Positions 1 through 10,381 of a DNA stretch of 53,427 nt are shown in pieces. The notes under the pieces were generated by a model that ran no database searches, had not been told where the DNA came from, and saw only the letters and a list, made by a program, of their open reading frames with translations. A program made the position numbers and the translations under genes. Numbering within the stretch: the stretch's first letter is position 1; every line of letters starts with the position of its first letter. This stretch comes from a virus (taxonomy: Duplodnaviria > Caudoviricetes), in IMG/VR virus record IMGVR_UViG_3300020045_001964, positions 1 through 53,427 of that record. One strand, given 5' to 3'.

Positions 1-121
1 GGTGCTATAGAATTAGATGAAAAGTTAGGATTTTTAACTACTGAAAACTTTAAAACTATTAAAAGTTTAAGCGATTTGGGTAAAACTGCCGAAGTTCAAA
101 AATTCATTATTGACAAGTTAA
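1..121. repeat. 121-bp terminal overlap, identical to 53307-53427 (circularity signature)
   Basis: Direct comparison of both ends; falls inside the tape-measure ORF and the frame is continuous across the join. Confidence 0.97.
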
Positions 122-2124
122 AAGAATCAATTGGCGGTTTGGCAACTGATGCGTTAACACCAATGCAAAAAGCATCTAACGATTTGGGAAATGCTTGGAA
201 TAAATTCACCGGGGAATTGTCTAATACGGGGCCGATAAAAGCCGTTAATGAATTTTTAACTAATTTATTAAATCGACTGACTGATATTTTAAATGCGCTT
301 AGTAACTATAAAGCACCCGCTTGGTTAGAAAAAATGGCGCGTGGTGGTTTGAATGGGATGGTTGCAGATTTAGTAAAAGGCAAAACTGAAAATACAGGCG
401 GTGCAACTGGTTCGTGGGATGCGCCAGCCCGTACTGCTGCCCAAACTATGCCCACAAAAACTAAAACTGATGCTGCTGGAATTACCGGAACTAAAAAAAC
501 TGATAAAGCAAATAAAGCATTTAATGATGAAATTAATGCACAAATTGAAGCATTACGCGGTGCTCAAAAAGTAAAAGAATTAATTGCTAGACAAACTGTA
601 GACCGCGTTACAAGTGAATACAATCGCGGAATGATTACCGAATTGGCAGCAATAAATACTATTGCTGAAGCCGATAAGGCTGCGTTACAGTCTGCAATTG
701 TTACAGCACAAGGTGAATTAGAATTAGCCAATAAAAAGAAAAACAATAAAAAAGAAATTGCAAATTTAAGTTCTAAAGTTGCCGAAGCTCAGGAAAAATA
801 TAACACTCGTGAATTAGCGCAAGGTTATACAGTTTTAGAGTTAGAATACAAAATTGCTGCTGAAAAAACTAAATTTTATAATGAATCTGCACGTATAACT
901 ATTGCCGAACTTGCAGATTTAGAAGCTAAAAACAAGGCTACTAAATTAGAAATAGAATCTATGGGTTTAATTGGTCAAGCGCTGGCTAATTTAACCGATA
1001 GGCGATACGCTGAAATAATAGCAAAACAACAAGAAAAAATTGCAGTTATGGAATTATTTTCAGCTTCTGGTGAAAATGTAACACAAATTCAATTAGAAAC
1101 TGACAAATTAAATCAATTAAAGATTGCTAGAGACTTGGCTTATAAAGTAAATACTACAAGTTCTAATGAAAGTAGACTATCTGGTTTAAATGCTGAAATT
1201 TTGGCAATGACTTCTTTAAATTCATTGACCGATCAACAAGCAGTTAAGGTTAATCAGTTAGGTTTGGAAGCTGCAAATTTACGATTACAAATGGGTGGTA
1301 CGGACCCATTTGATGCAATGTTAGTTTCATTGGGTAAGCTGACAGAAGGTTATAGTGGCTTATTATCTGGTCTAGGTGAAGGTTATGGTAATTTCTTTAA
1401 ATCGTTAGAAGATGGTTTTGCAAATAGCGTAGGTCGTGCAATTGTTTATTCTGAAAATTTAGGTGATGCTTTACGCAATGTTGCACAAAGTGCAGTTTCT
1501 GAATTAATTAGTTCTTTAGTTAAATTAGGCATTCAGTATGCAGCTAATGCATTATTGGGAAATACTATTGCGGCTACAGCTACCGCTACACAAACTGGAA
1601 TTTCAGTAGCTGCTGCCGCTACAACCGCTGGGGCCTGGGCACCTGCCGCTGCAATGGTTTCATTAGCTAGTTTTGGTGCAAATAGTGTACCTGCTATGGC
1701 TGGGATTGGAGCTACTTCAGCATTAACCGAAAGTTTAGCATTAGCTTCTTTAGCTGGTTTTAAAAGTGGTGGCTATACTGGGAGTGGGGGAATTAATGAG
1801 CCTATGGGCGTTGTTCATGGTAAAGAATTTGTGTTCGATGCTGCTGCAACGTCGCGCATAGGTGTGAGCAATCTACAAGCCCTACAAGATGGATCCACAT
1901 CGGTCGCAGCCAATAGTAAAGTGGTAGGTGTACCCACAGGTAGTCAAAGCGGTTCAAGCGCCTCTACGGGACAACAACAACCTCAAAATAATATCCGCGT
2001 GGTGAACGTGCTGGACCCTGCGCTGATAGGCGACTTTTTATCTACGCCTGCTGGTGAACAAGTATTCATGAATACTATTCGTAAAAACTCTAGCGGTATT
2101 AAACAAACTATTCAAAATGGCTAA
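1..2124 (+). CDS. Tail tape measure protein, C-terminal part
   Basis: Ala-rich helical sequence with C-terminal FKSGGYTG...GVVHGKEFV motif typical of TMPs; open frame from base 1. Confidence 0.9.
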   Translation, partial: GAIELDEKLGFLTTENFKTIKSLSDLGKTAEVQKFIIDKLKESIGGLATDALTPMQKASNDLGNAWNKFTGELSNTGPIKAVNEFLTNLLNRLTDILNALSNYKAPAWLEKMARGGLNGMVADLVKGKTENTGGATGSWDAPARTAAQTMPTKTKTDAAGITGTKKTDKANKAFNDEINAQIEALRGAQKVKELIARQTVDRVTSEYNRGMITELAAINTIAEADKAALQSAIVTAQGELELANKKKNNKKEIANLSSKVAEAQEKYNTRELAQGYTVLELEYKIAAEKTKFYNESARITIAELADLEAKNKATKLEIESMGLIGQALANLTDRRYAEIIAKQQEKIAVMELFSASGENVTQIQLETDKLNQLKIARDLAYKVNTTSSNESRLSGLNAEILAMTSLNSLTDQQAVKVNQLGLEAANLRLQMGGTDPFDAMLVSLGKLTEGYSGLLSGLGEGYGNFFKSLEDGFANSVGRAIVYSENLGDALRNVAQSAVSELISSLVKLGIQYAANALLGNTIAATATATQTGISVAAAATTAGAWAPAAAMVSLASFGANSVPAMAGIGATSALTESLALASLAGFKSGGYTGSGGINEPMGVVHGKEFVFDAAATSRIGVSNLQALQDGSTSVAANSKVVGVPTGSQSGSSASTGQQQPQNNIRVVNVLDPALIGDFLSTPAGEQVFMNTIRKNSSGIKQTIQNG

Positions 2125-3280
2125 AATTAATACTACATTATACGGAGAATTGGCATTTTTACCAGAAATTGCAGAAATACCAGTTACTGAAACATTAAGT
2201 TTTTTAACGGATTCGATTATTCATTATGACGGTACAGAGCAAAATATCCAACTACGCTCTAAGCCGCGCCAAAAATTTGAGTATTCGATACCTATAAAGT
2301 ATAAAGATAACGCAGATTTATTTAATACTTTATCTGGTGCGATACGCCAAAAATGGGCTGTGCCAAACTGGACAGACTTACAATCTGTGGGCACTATAAA
2401 CTCAGGTGATACCAGTATAGTTTGCAATACAGTAGATTATGATTTGCGCGATGATTCGTTAGCAATGATATTTACAAATTGTGATAATTATAAAGTAATT
2501 GAAATTACAAGTTTGACAAGTTCAAATATAACTTTATCTAGTGCTATTGCATCTAATATACGAAATGCTTATTTAGTACCTATTAGAATTGGTTATATTA
2601 ATGGCTCTGTATCACGTTCTATAAATGGTTATAATGGGAAATTAAATTTAAATTTTGAGGTATTGGATTTAAAAGAATTTACAACTTCAGCACCAACACA
2701 ATATTTATCTAACGATATTTATTATGATGAAAATTTGTTAAGCTCTAATTTTGCAGAAACTGATATTAGTAAACGCGAAGACATAATTGATTTTGATTTA
2801 GGTATAGTCGATAGACGTTCACCTTGGACAGCATCTAAATTTGGGCGAACTTACAGATCATTAACGGTATTGCCCACAGAAAGAACCAACTTTCGTAATT
2901 TTATCTTGCGCAGATATGGCAAATTTAGACCTTTTTGGATGCCATCGTTTGAAAATAACTTAATAATAAAAAATACAGGTGTTGTAGTTTCTACTTTAGT
3001 AACTTACCTAGATTCTTATATTGATTATGCAAACAATAGAATTCATGTTGCAATTCAATCTAACGGGTTGTGGTATCCTAGAATTATTTCATCACCCACT
3101 CAAACAGATTCGGACACAGTACAATATACGCTAGACACGGCATTAAATTTACCATCTGAATCTATAACTAGAGTTTCGTATTTAAGTTTATATAGATTGG
3201 ATGCTGACAATATAGAATTTAATTATAATTCGCCATTATCAGTAGAAACTTCAGTTAGAATTTTAGAAATACAATCATGA
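2117..3280 (+). CDS. Distal tail / tail-tip structural protein
   Basis: Position right after TMP; G.EQ.I.LR..PR and G...PFW.P motifs. Confidence 0.7.
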   Translation: MAKINTTLYGELAFLPEIAEIPVTETLSFLTDSIIHYDGTEQNIQLRSKPRQKFEYSIPIKYKDNADLFNTLSGAIRQKWAVPNWTDLQSVGTINSGDTSIVCNTVDYDLRDDSLAMIFTNCDNYKVIEITSLTSSNITLSSAIASNIRNAYLVPIRIGYINGSVSRSINGYNGKLNLNFEVLDLKEFTTSAPTQYLSNDIYYDENLLSSNFAETDISKREDIIDFDLGIVDRRSPWTASKFGRTYRSLTVLPTERTNFRNFILRRYGKFRPFWMPSFENNLIIKNTGVVVSTLVTYLDSYIDYANNRIHVAIQSNGLWYPRIISSPTQTDSDTVQYTLDTALNLPSESITRVSYLSLYRLDADNIEFNYNSPLSVETSVRILEIQS

Positions 3281-4053
3281 GAATAGTAGAATTTTATAAA
3301 ATTGTAGAAGGTTCTACTGAATTTCATATAACTAGTTCTGATTCCATTATTGAATATCTTGGCGATACATACATACCTGTACCAGTTGGGCGTAGCGAAG
3401 CTGAAATTAAAAATGAATTATCTAAAGCAAATATTGAATTAACTTTAGGTATTGATGATCCAATCGCGCAACGTTATATGAATAGTATAGTGGATGCTGT
3501 TGTATCGTTAACGTGTTTTTCGATGGAAGATTCGGACGTTACCGTCGCTTGGAAAGGTCGTTTGTCTGCTGTAAAGCCTGAAACTGCTAAAGTTAAATTA
3601 GTTTTTGAATCTGTATTTACATCACTCCGTAGGCCGGGTTTGCGCCGTAGGTATCAGCGTAATTGTCAGCATGTTTTATACGGTCGTGGTTGTAATTTAG
3701 ACAAAGAAAACTTTGATTATGCGGGTATAGCTACGGCTGTGAATAACGGTAATACGATAACTGTACCAATTGCAGCACCCTATGCAAATGATACGTTTAC
3801 TGGCGGTATGTTAGAAGCGCCTGATTTAACATTGCGTTTTATAATATCGCATATCGGTGATCAATTAGAATTAATTCGCAGCATTGAATCTTTGAATACT
3901 GCTATTTTAAGCGGTCCACAAAATATTAGAATATTCCCAGGTTGTGACCGAACCAGAGAAACCTGTCAGTCTAAATTTAATAATTTAAACAATAACGGTT
4001 CGTTTCCATTTATACCAATTAGAAACCCATATTCGGGCAGTTCATTTAACTAA
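3277..4053 (+). CDS. Tail hub protein (DUF2163/BR0599-like)
   Basis: C.H.LY..GC and PGCD....C..KFNN..N...FPFIP motifs. Confidence 0.85.
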   Translation: MRIVEFYKIVEGSTEFHITSSDSIIEYLGDTYIPVPVGRSEAEIKNELSKANIELTLGIDDPIAQRYMNSIVDAVVSLTCFSMEDSDVTVAWKGRLSAVKPETAKVKLVFESVFTSLRRPGLRRRYQRNCQHVLYGRGCNLDKENFDYAGIATAVNNGNTITVPIAAPYANDTFTGGMLEAPDLTLRFIISHIGDQLELIRSIESLNTAILSGPQNIRIFPGCDRTRETCQSKFNNLNNNGSFPFIPIRNPYSGSSFN

Positions 4054-4063
4054 AGTTTAAATT

Positions 4064-4279
4064 ATGTGGTGGTTTGTTGCTATATTTGTTGTTTCTTTGG
4101 TTGTCGCATATTCGATGCGACCGAAAAATCAATCTGTCAAACCTTCAGGTTTAGAAGATATTACAGTGCCCACAGCGGAAGATGGGCGGGAAATTCCTGT
4201 ATTATTCGGAACAAGAATAATCGAAGGTGCTAATTTAGTTTGGTATGGCGATTTAAAAACCGAGCCTATTAGAAAATGA
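4064..4279 (+). CDS. Small tail-assembly protein with N-terminal hydrophobic helix
   Basis: PTAEDGREIPVLFGT...N..WYGD motif; synteny. Confidence 0.75.
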   Translation: MWWFVAIFVVSLVVAYSMRPKNQSVKPSGLEDITVPTAEDGREIPVLFGTRIIEGANLVWYGDLKTEPIRK

Positions 4280-4473
4280 TCGCTACCAAAGTTTACGTTT
4301 CAGATTGTCGCGCTTTGGGTATGTGCATTACACCGGGTGTAAAATATTTCTGTGAACGTAATAATTTAGACTACAAAGATTTTATAAAAAATGGTATTGA
4401 TATATCAATACTTGAATTATTAAATGATCCGCTAGCAAATAAAGTTATAGAGGCTGCAAAAAATGGGCGGTAA
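4276..4473 (+). CDS. Small tail-tip assembly protein
   Basis: C..G...F.....LD...F...GI pattern; start/stop overlaps with neighbours. Confidence 0.7.
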   Translation: MIATKVYVSDCRALGMCITPGVKYFCERNNLDYKDFIKNGIDISILELLNDPLANKVIEAAKNGR

Positions 4474-7400
4474 GAAAAAACAAACGGTCGGATATAAATA
4501 TTATTTAGGTCAACATTTAATATTATCACATGGCCCTATTGATAATGTTAGTGAAATTATCGCTGATGATAAAATCGCATTTGTAGCTACTAATTGGACT
4601 GGTGGTTCCATACAAGTAAATAGCCCTAATTTATTTGGTGGTGAAGATGGCGAAGGTGGCATATCTGGAAAATTTGATTTGGATGTGGGCGGTCCAACAC
4701 AAACAGCGAATTCTTATTTAGTTTCAAAATTATCGCCTGAATTAGTGCCTTCGTTTAGAGGTGTTGCAGGTGTTGTTTTAAATCAAGTTTATATAGGCAC
4801 ACAAGCTTATTTAAAAAAATTAGCATTTAAAGCTACTAGAATTCATAAAACAAAATCTGAAGGTTTAACGCAATGGTATGATGAAAAATCGGAACTGTTA
4901 TATGTTAATCCTAAAGGTGGCTTGTATACGTTTAGTTCGCTTACAGCACATATGACCCCTGGATATAATACTTCGGAAGCTGAGGTTGTATTATCCAATA
5001 ATGAAACAATCGCAATAGAAGTTTACGGGGGTTCCGCAAGTGCTTATTCATTATGGCCCGATGATGATGAAGTCCCTGTAGATAGAAAGCCGTGGCGTTT
5101 CACACTAAACGTTTCAAAAGACGGTGCGTTTCCAACTTCTTATTACCCAACAGAATTTGATACACCTACAGATGCAGCAAATGCAGCAAGCGTTGAGGGC
5201 CCAATAATATTAACCGGACCTGGGACATTTAAAGTTTATTTGTGGGATGGTGATGGTGAGGCATCTAACAATAGAGGTGCTTTAACATTTGGTATTGGTA
5301 TATCAAAAAATAGAGATATGAACCCTGCCCACATTATTCGGGAGTGTTTGACTAATCCTGATTGGGGTATGGGTTATCAAGATGCGGATATTGACGATGC
5401 GTCATTTACAGTTGCTGCTGATAAATTGTATGCTGAAACAATGGGTATGTCGCTATTGTGGAATCGTCAGAATACAATAGATGAATTTATTAGCGAAATA
5501 ACTAAGCATATTGATGCGTCAGTTTATGTTGATAAATCTACAGGTAAATTTAAATTAAAGCTTGTGCGGTTTGATTATAATGTTGATGATTTAATTTCAT
5601 TAAACCCTAGCAACATAAGCCACATATCTGATTTTACCCGCCCTAGTTTTGGTGAACTTACAAATTCTATAACAGTTAAATATTATGACGGTAATACCGG
5701 TAAAGATTCTTCAGTAACTATTCAAGATATTGCATTATCCCAAATGCAAGGTGTTACTATTAACACAACTGCGCAATATCCAGGTTTTACAAATGCTTCA
5801 ATCGCTGCTAGAGTTGCCCAACGAGATTTAAAAACTTTATCCACACCTATTGCATCATGCACAATTTATGCAAACCGTGATGCATACCCATTAAGTATTG
5901 GTGATGTATTTAAATTAACTTGGCCTGATTATGGTATTATCGATTTGGTAATGCGTGCCACAGCTTTAGCCTATGGTGATGGTAAATCTAATCAGGTTCG
6001 CATTAGCTGCACGGAAGATGTTTACGCATTGCCGGCTAACGCGATAATTGTGCCTACCCCCCCTGTATGGGTAGACCCAAGCGCAAAACCTGCCGTAGCT
6101 CAAAATAGGCTGCTCTATGAAGTTCCATATTTGGAAGCAATCCAGCAAAACGGGCAGGCTGCTGTAGATGCTGTAATTGCTATAGATCCTGAAATTGGAT
6201 ATGTAGGGTCCTCAGTCGGTCGGCCTAGCGGTTCTAGTTTATATGCAAATATGTATGTAAATTCAGGAGGTGGTTATACAAATAACGCAACTGTGGATTT
6301 TTCACCAACTGCAAAACTTGTTTCCGATATTGGAAAAATGACAACAAGCTTTAGCATATCTGAGACTGTTGATATCGCTAACGCTCCTGTGGGTACATGG
6401 TTTCAAATAGATAATGAATTAATGTCTATTGTTTCTTATGTTGACCCAGTATTAACTGTAAAACGTGGAATTTTAGATACCGTACCGGAAAATCATTCAA
6501 TAAATTCAGTTTTATATTTTTGGGATAATTACAGCGTTAATGATGAAACCCAATATGTTGATGGTGAAAGTTTAAATATTAAAATTACACCTGTAACCGG
6601 ACAAGGTGAATTACCATTATTATTGGCACCGGTAGACACGTTAGAAATTAAAGGTCGTTTAGCACGCCCTTACCCACCTGCAAATTTTAAAATTAATGAT
6701 GAATATTTTCCAAATACCGCAGAAGGTAGTTTAATATTAACATGGTCCCATAGAGATAGATCATTACAAACGAGCAATGTGTATTTGGACTTTACTGATA
6801 ATTCTATAGGGCCTGAGCCCGGTACATTATACAACGTAAGAGTTTATGAGAATGCATCAAATACTTTAGTATATTCTAATTTAGCGATATCAGGTTTGTC
6901 CGATAGCGTTACAGTTTCAGCAGGATTTACAGCTAGAGTTGAATTAGAAAGCGAACGATCCGCGCTAACCAGTTATCAAAAATTATCACATATTATCGAA
7001 TTAATATCTGTGTATTTTAATTTTAGCCCGCGTGGTTTAAATGTACCCACAGGTGCAGCCAAATTAGCAAAAACTATTTCCAGTTCTATTTATGCTATTC
7101 AGCAAAATATTTTAACTAGAATGTCTAATTCTGATTTATCTATAATTAACACAGTTACTTTAGATAATAACATAACCGGCTTGTCTGTTGACGGAACTTC
7201 AATTTTTGTTTCAGATAAAGGTACATCGTCTGTTTTAGGAAAATTATATAAATACTCTAATGATTTTTCTACAACATCAAATATAAATTTACCTACATAC
7301 GGTGATGGTAAAGGATTAACTTTTGTTGCAGGATCGTTATGGGTATCACTACCGACCACAGGTGTAATTCGTAGAATAAACCCATCAGATTTATCAACAG

Positions 7401-8983
7401 TTGCAAATGTTACAATTGCAGGTTTACCATGCCGACTTACAAATGATGGGACATACGTTTATTGCGTAGATAGCACAGCATCTAAAATTTATAAAATTGA
7501 TCCAGCTACAAATACAATAGTTTTAACTATAAATATTAGCAGTGCTCCTGTAGATGAAAGTGAAATTGCAGTGGCAAATAGTTTGGTGTTTGTATCTCAA
7601 GGTTTTGCGATAAGAGCTTACGATGTGAATACAGGTGCTGAATATTCATCTGGCCCTATATTTTTAGGCACATCTTATGTAAAATTTATACCTATATTTA
7701 CATCAGGTTCAAAAACTTTAGGTAAAAGTTCAATTACTTACGGTTCAAAAACTATATATGAATATTATGAAAGTTCTGATAATGGTCAGACTTTTAATAA
7801 ATTAGGTGCTGGTGATTATATAAGTTCATTGCATGAAGTAACACCATGCCTAACTGATGGAACTTACATTAGTTTTGAAATTGAAAAGTCTTTTGATTCA
7901 TCAAAAACTGATTTTTTTATAACTAAAGGTTTATTAGGTTCAGTACCAAGTTTAACAACTAGTAAATTTTCCAGACCTTACATTCCTGTAACCATAGGTT
8001 CGGACGGTTCTAAATTTATTGCAGTTACCACAGGAAATAATGTATATACGTCAACAGATGGTACAACTTGGACTTTAGTTGGAAACATTACTACCATAGG
8101 CGGTGTGTACACTCAAGATTTTGGTTCTAGTAATTATGGATTAGCCGTATCATTATTATGGGTAAACGACAGATGGTTTATCCGCGCTCCTAATGGGCTT
8201 CAACTATATTACACAACCGATGTCAATGCTGTATCAGGTTGGATATTATGTAATTTACCAATAAGTGTATTTCCACAGTTCAATACAATAGCAGTCCATA
8301 GTGGTAATCTTTTTGCTAGTGCTTTAAAACAAGAATCAGGAACCAACATACCTTTAATTATTAAATCTACTGATAATGGGTCTAACTGGACAACTGCAAT
8401 ATATCCATTAACTGGCGGTGTATCAAGTTTGTACAATGTCGGTGGTGATTTAATAGGCGTTGAATTTGGCTTCGTAGGTAAAACCGTGAAGTCTACAGAC
8501 GGCGGCACCACGTGGGTTGAAGTGTCTAATGGAATACCATTAGTTAAATTTGGAGAATATCCAGTTTTAGCCAATTCAAATATTTTAGTTACACAAGGTT
8601 TAACTTCTACACCTCCTGGGGAATCAGATCAAAAGTTAATTTATACATCAAACGGTACAACATTTGCCAATTCTGTGGGCATTGATATAAAAGCTTCTGC
8701 ATTAGTTATTAATTCAGTAAATACTATACTTGCAGTTCGTAATGGTTTAGATGTTACAGTTATTGATACTACTGATATGCATACTGTAGGATCATTAAAT
8801 ATTGAACAGCCTTTAGGATATACACATTTTTCAGAAATATCTTTAATTGATACCACCCGATTAATAGTTGATAACGGCCTAACCGTTGATTATTATGATA
8901 ATATGTCAACAGGTATTAGAATTATAGAAGACGGTAATACTCGAATTACTGAATCTGGCGATATTAGAATTTTAGAAAGTTAA
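4463..8983 (+). CDS. Central tail fibre / tip attachment protein (J-like) with C-terminal beta-propeller and BNR/Asp-box repeats
   Basis: MNPAHIIRECLT..WGMG motif; S-x-D-x-G-x-x-W/F repeats (ESSDNGQTF, KSTDNGSNW, KSTDGGTTW); 1506 aa. Confidence 0.85.
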   Translation: MGGKKKQTVGYKYYLGQHLILSHGPIDNVSEIIADDKIAFVATNWTGGSIQVNSPNLFGGEDGEGGISGKFDLDVGGPTQTANSYLVSKLSPELVPSFRGVAGVVLNQVYIGTQAYLKKLAFKATRIHKTKSEGLTQWYDEKSELLYVNPKGGLYTFSSLTAHMTPGYNTSEAEVVLSNNETIAIEVYGGSASAYSLWPDDDEVPVDRKPWRFTLNVSKDGAFPTSYYPTEFDTPTDAANAASVEGPIILTGPGTFKVYLWDGDGEASNNRGALTFGIGISKNRDMNPAHIIRECLTNPDWGMGYQDADIDDASFTVAADKLYAETMGMSLLWNRQNTIDEFISEITKHIDASVYVDKSTGKFKLKLVRFDYNVDDLISLNPSNISHISDFTRPSFGELTNSITVKYYDGNTGKDSSVTIQDIALSQMQGVTINTTAQYPGFTNASIAARVAQRDLKTLSTPIASCTIYANRDAYPLSIGDVFKLTWPDYGIIDLVMRATALAYGDGKSNQVRISCTEDVYALPANAIIVPTPPVWVDPSAKPAVAQNRLLYEVPYLEAIQQNGQAAVDAVIAIDPEIGYVGSSVGRPSGSSLYANMYVNSGGGYTNNATVDFSPTAKLVSDIGKMTTSFSISETVDIANAPVGTWFQIDNELMSIVSYVDPVLTVKRGILDTVPENHSINSVLYFWDNYSVNDETQYVDGESLNIKITPVTGQGELPLLLAPVDTLEIKGRLARPYPPANFKINDEYFPNTAEGSLILTWSHRDRSLQTSNVYLDFTDNSIGPEPGTLYNVRVYENASNTLVYSNLAISGLSDSVTVSAGFTARVELESERSALTSYQKLSHIIELISVYFNFSPRGLNVPTGAAKLAKTISSSIYAIQQNILTRMSNSDLSIINTVTLDNNITGLSVDGTSIFVSDKGTSSVLGKLYKYSNDFSTTSNINLPTYGDGKGLTFVAGSLWVSLPTTGVIRRINPSDLSTVANVTIAGLPCRLTNDGTYVYCVDSTASKIYKIDPATNTIVLTINISSAPVDESEIAVANSLVFVSQGFAIRAYDVNTGAEYSSGPIFLGTSYVKFIPIFTSGSKTLGKSSITYGSKTIYEYYESSDNGQTFNKLGAGDYISSLHEVTPCLTDGTYISFEIEKSFDSSKTDFFITKGLLGSVPSLTTSKFSRPYIPVTIGSDGSKFIAVTTGNNVYTSTDGTTWTLVGNITTIGGVYTQDFGSSNYGLAVSLLWVNDRWFIRAPNGLQLYYTTDVNAVSGWILCNLPISVFPQFNTIAVHSGNLFASALKQESGTNIPLIIKSTDNGSNWTTAIYPLTGGVSSLYNVGGDLIGVEFGFVGKTVKSTDGGTTWVEVSNGIPLVKFGEYPVLANSNILVTQGLTSTPPGESDQKLIYTSNGTTFANSVGIDIKASALVINSVNTILAVRNGLDVTVIDTTDMHTVGSLNIEQPLGYTHFSEISLIDTTRLIVDNGLTVDYYDNMSTGIRIIEDGNTRITESGDIRILES

Positions 8984-8985
8984 AA

Positions 8986-9474
8986 ATGCCAAGTTATAAA
9001 ATAAGCGATTTAGTTGCAGCTACAATAGCTGCTGATGCAGATTTAATAGAAATTACACAATCTGCGGGCGGTCCAACATCAAAAAAATTAACATTATCTT
9101 TATTAAACTTTGGTATTGAAAAAGATATTGCATGTGGTGATGAAACCACAGCTTTAACTACAGGCAATAAAGTAACTTTTAGATGGAAGTCTAAAGCTAT
9201 AACACAGGCTTTAAAAATTACAGCATCGCTAACTACTGCACAATCCAGCGGGGCTACTCTAGTGACTGTTGATGTAAAGAAAAACGGTACGTCTATGTTT
9301 AGTACAAAACCAACATTCGATAATACTGAAAAAATTACAGATACTGCCACAACTGTCGCTGTATTGACAGCTACGGGTATTGCCTACAATGATGAAATTG
9401 TTGTAAGTGTGGATGCGATTCAATCGGGCACAGTTGCTGCCGGATTGAAAGTTTACATTGAAGGGTTAGCGTAA
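8986..9474 (+). CDS. Tail fibre-associated protein
   Basis: N-terminal KISDL fibre-anchor motif; beta-rich C-terminus; follows the tip gene. Confidence 0.6.
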   Translation: MPSYKISDLVAATIAADADLIEITQSAGGPTSKKLTLSLLNFGIEKDIACGDETTALTTGNKVTFRWKSKAITQALKITASLTTAQSSGATLVTVDVKKNGTSMFSTKPTFDNTEKITDTATTVAVLTATGIAYNDEIVVSVDAIQSGTVAAGLKVYIEGLA

Positions 9475-10187
9475 TGCTTTTAAATCCTTTCAGATTTGGT
9501 CCGACTGTACAAGACGAATATTTTACAAATGTAACATTGTTGTTACATGCTAATGGCACTAACGGATCAATAACTACTGTAGATTCGTCAAATTCTGCAA
9601 AAACTATATCTAGAATAGGTGGGCCTGTTTTAAGTACAGCACAAGCAAAATTTGGAAATGCGTCATTACTATTTACTAACGGTGGCGACGCATTTACAGC
9701 GCCGTCTAGTAGTGATTTTGATTTTGGTACTGGTGATTTTACTATAGAGTGTTGGATATATCCAACAACATCCGACACATCTATAGATAGAGGTTTAATA
9801 GTTCGTGATTCTATTGGCGGTACGCGAGGTTGGTTATTATATATTGCAAATTCAACAGGACATTTAAATTTTGCAGCATGGGGTGATTATCCAACCGCTG
9901 TTTGTAGTTCTACTGTAATACCAACTATAAATACTTGGAGTTTTATACAAGTCGTTAGAGAATCTGGTGCATTTATATTATATTTAAACGGTTCATCTAT
10001 TGCTTCAGATTCATCTAAACTTAGCTTAAATATAGGATCGTCGGGAACGCCACTTTGTATAGGTTCTCTATATGGGGTTTCTTCACCGACCCTTACTACA
10101 TTTATAGGTCACATTGATGATGTTCGTGTAACCAAGGGCATCGCACGCCCTGTAGCTATACCCACATTAGAATTTCCAAACAGCTAA
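9474..10187 (+). CDS. LamG/concanavalin-A-like lectin domain tail protein (receptor binding)
   Basis: LLLHANG..G, FGTGDFTIECWIY, GHIDDVRVTKG motifs. Confidence 0.85.
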   Translation: MLLNPFRFGPTVQDEYFTNVTLLLHANGTNGSITTVDSSNSAKTISRIGGPVLSTAQAKFGNASLLFTNGGDAFTAPSSSDFDFGTGDFTIECWIYPTTSDTSIDRGLIVRDSIGGTRGWLLYIANSTGHLNFAAWGDYPTAVCSSTVIPTINTWSFIQVVRESGAFILYLNGSSIASDSSKLSLNIGSSGTPLCIGSLYGVSSPTLTTFIGHIDDVRVTKGIARPVAIPTLEFPNS

Positions 10188-10381
10188 CCTGCATTACGCC
10201 AGATATTTAATTTGGCTATCAATTTATCATATTCTGTAACTTTTTGATTATGATGAATTGCCATAGCGCAGGCAAAGAAAAGGAGGTTTTGAGCCTCCTT
10301 TTTTGTTTTTGTAACCCATATTGCTGTAAGAATAGTTTCTACTCCTGAGCAACAAATTAATATAATTTCTAAATTAGTCAT
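10184..10381 (-). CDS. Hypothetical small hydrophobic protein (doubtful)
   Basis: Start overlaps the polymerase stop, but a terminator hairpin lies inside it. Confidence 0.3.
   Translation of the reverse strand: MTNLEIILICCSGVETILTAIWVTKTKKEAQNLLFFACAMAIHHNQKVTEYDKLIAKLNIWRNAG
10278..10304. terminator. Bidirectional intrinsic terminator between the convergent late and replication operons
   Basis: AAAAGGAGG-loop-CCTCCTTTTTT. Confidence 0.75.

Noticed and set aside
1-121. Terminal direct repeat as biological genome ends
   Set aside because: It lies mid-gene in the TMP and its length fits an assembler k-mer overlap; it shows circularity only
4463-10187. Diversity-generating retroelement or invertible fibre cassette
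   Set aside because: No reverse transcriptase, recombinase or template/variable repeat pair seen
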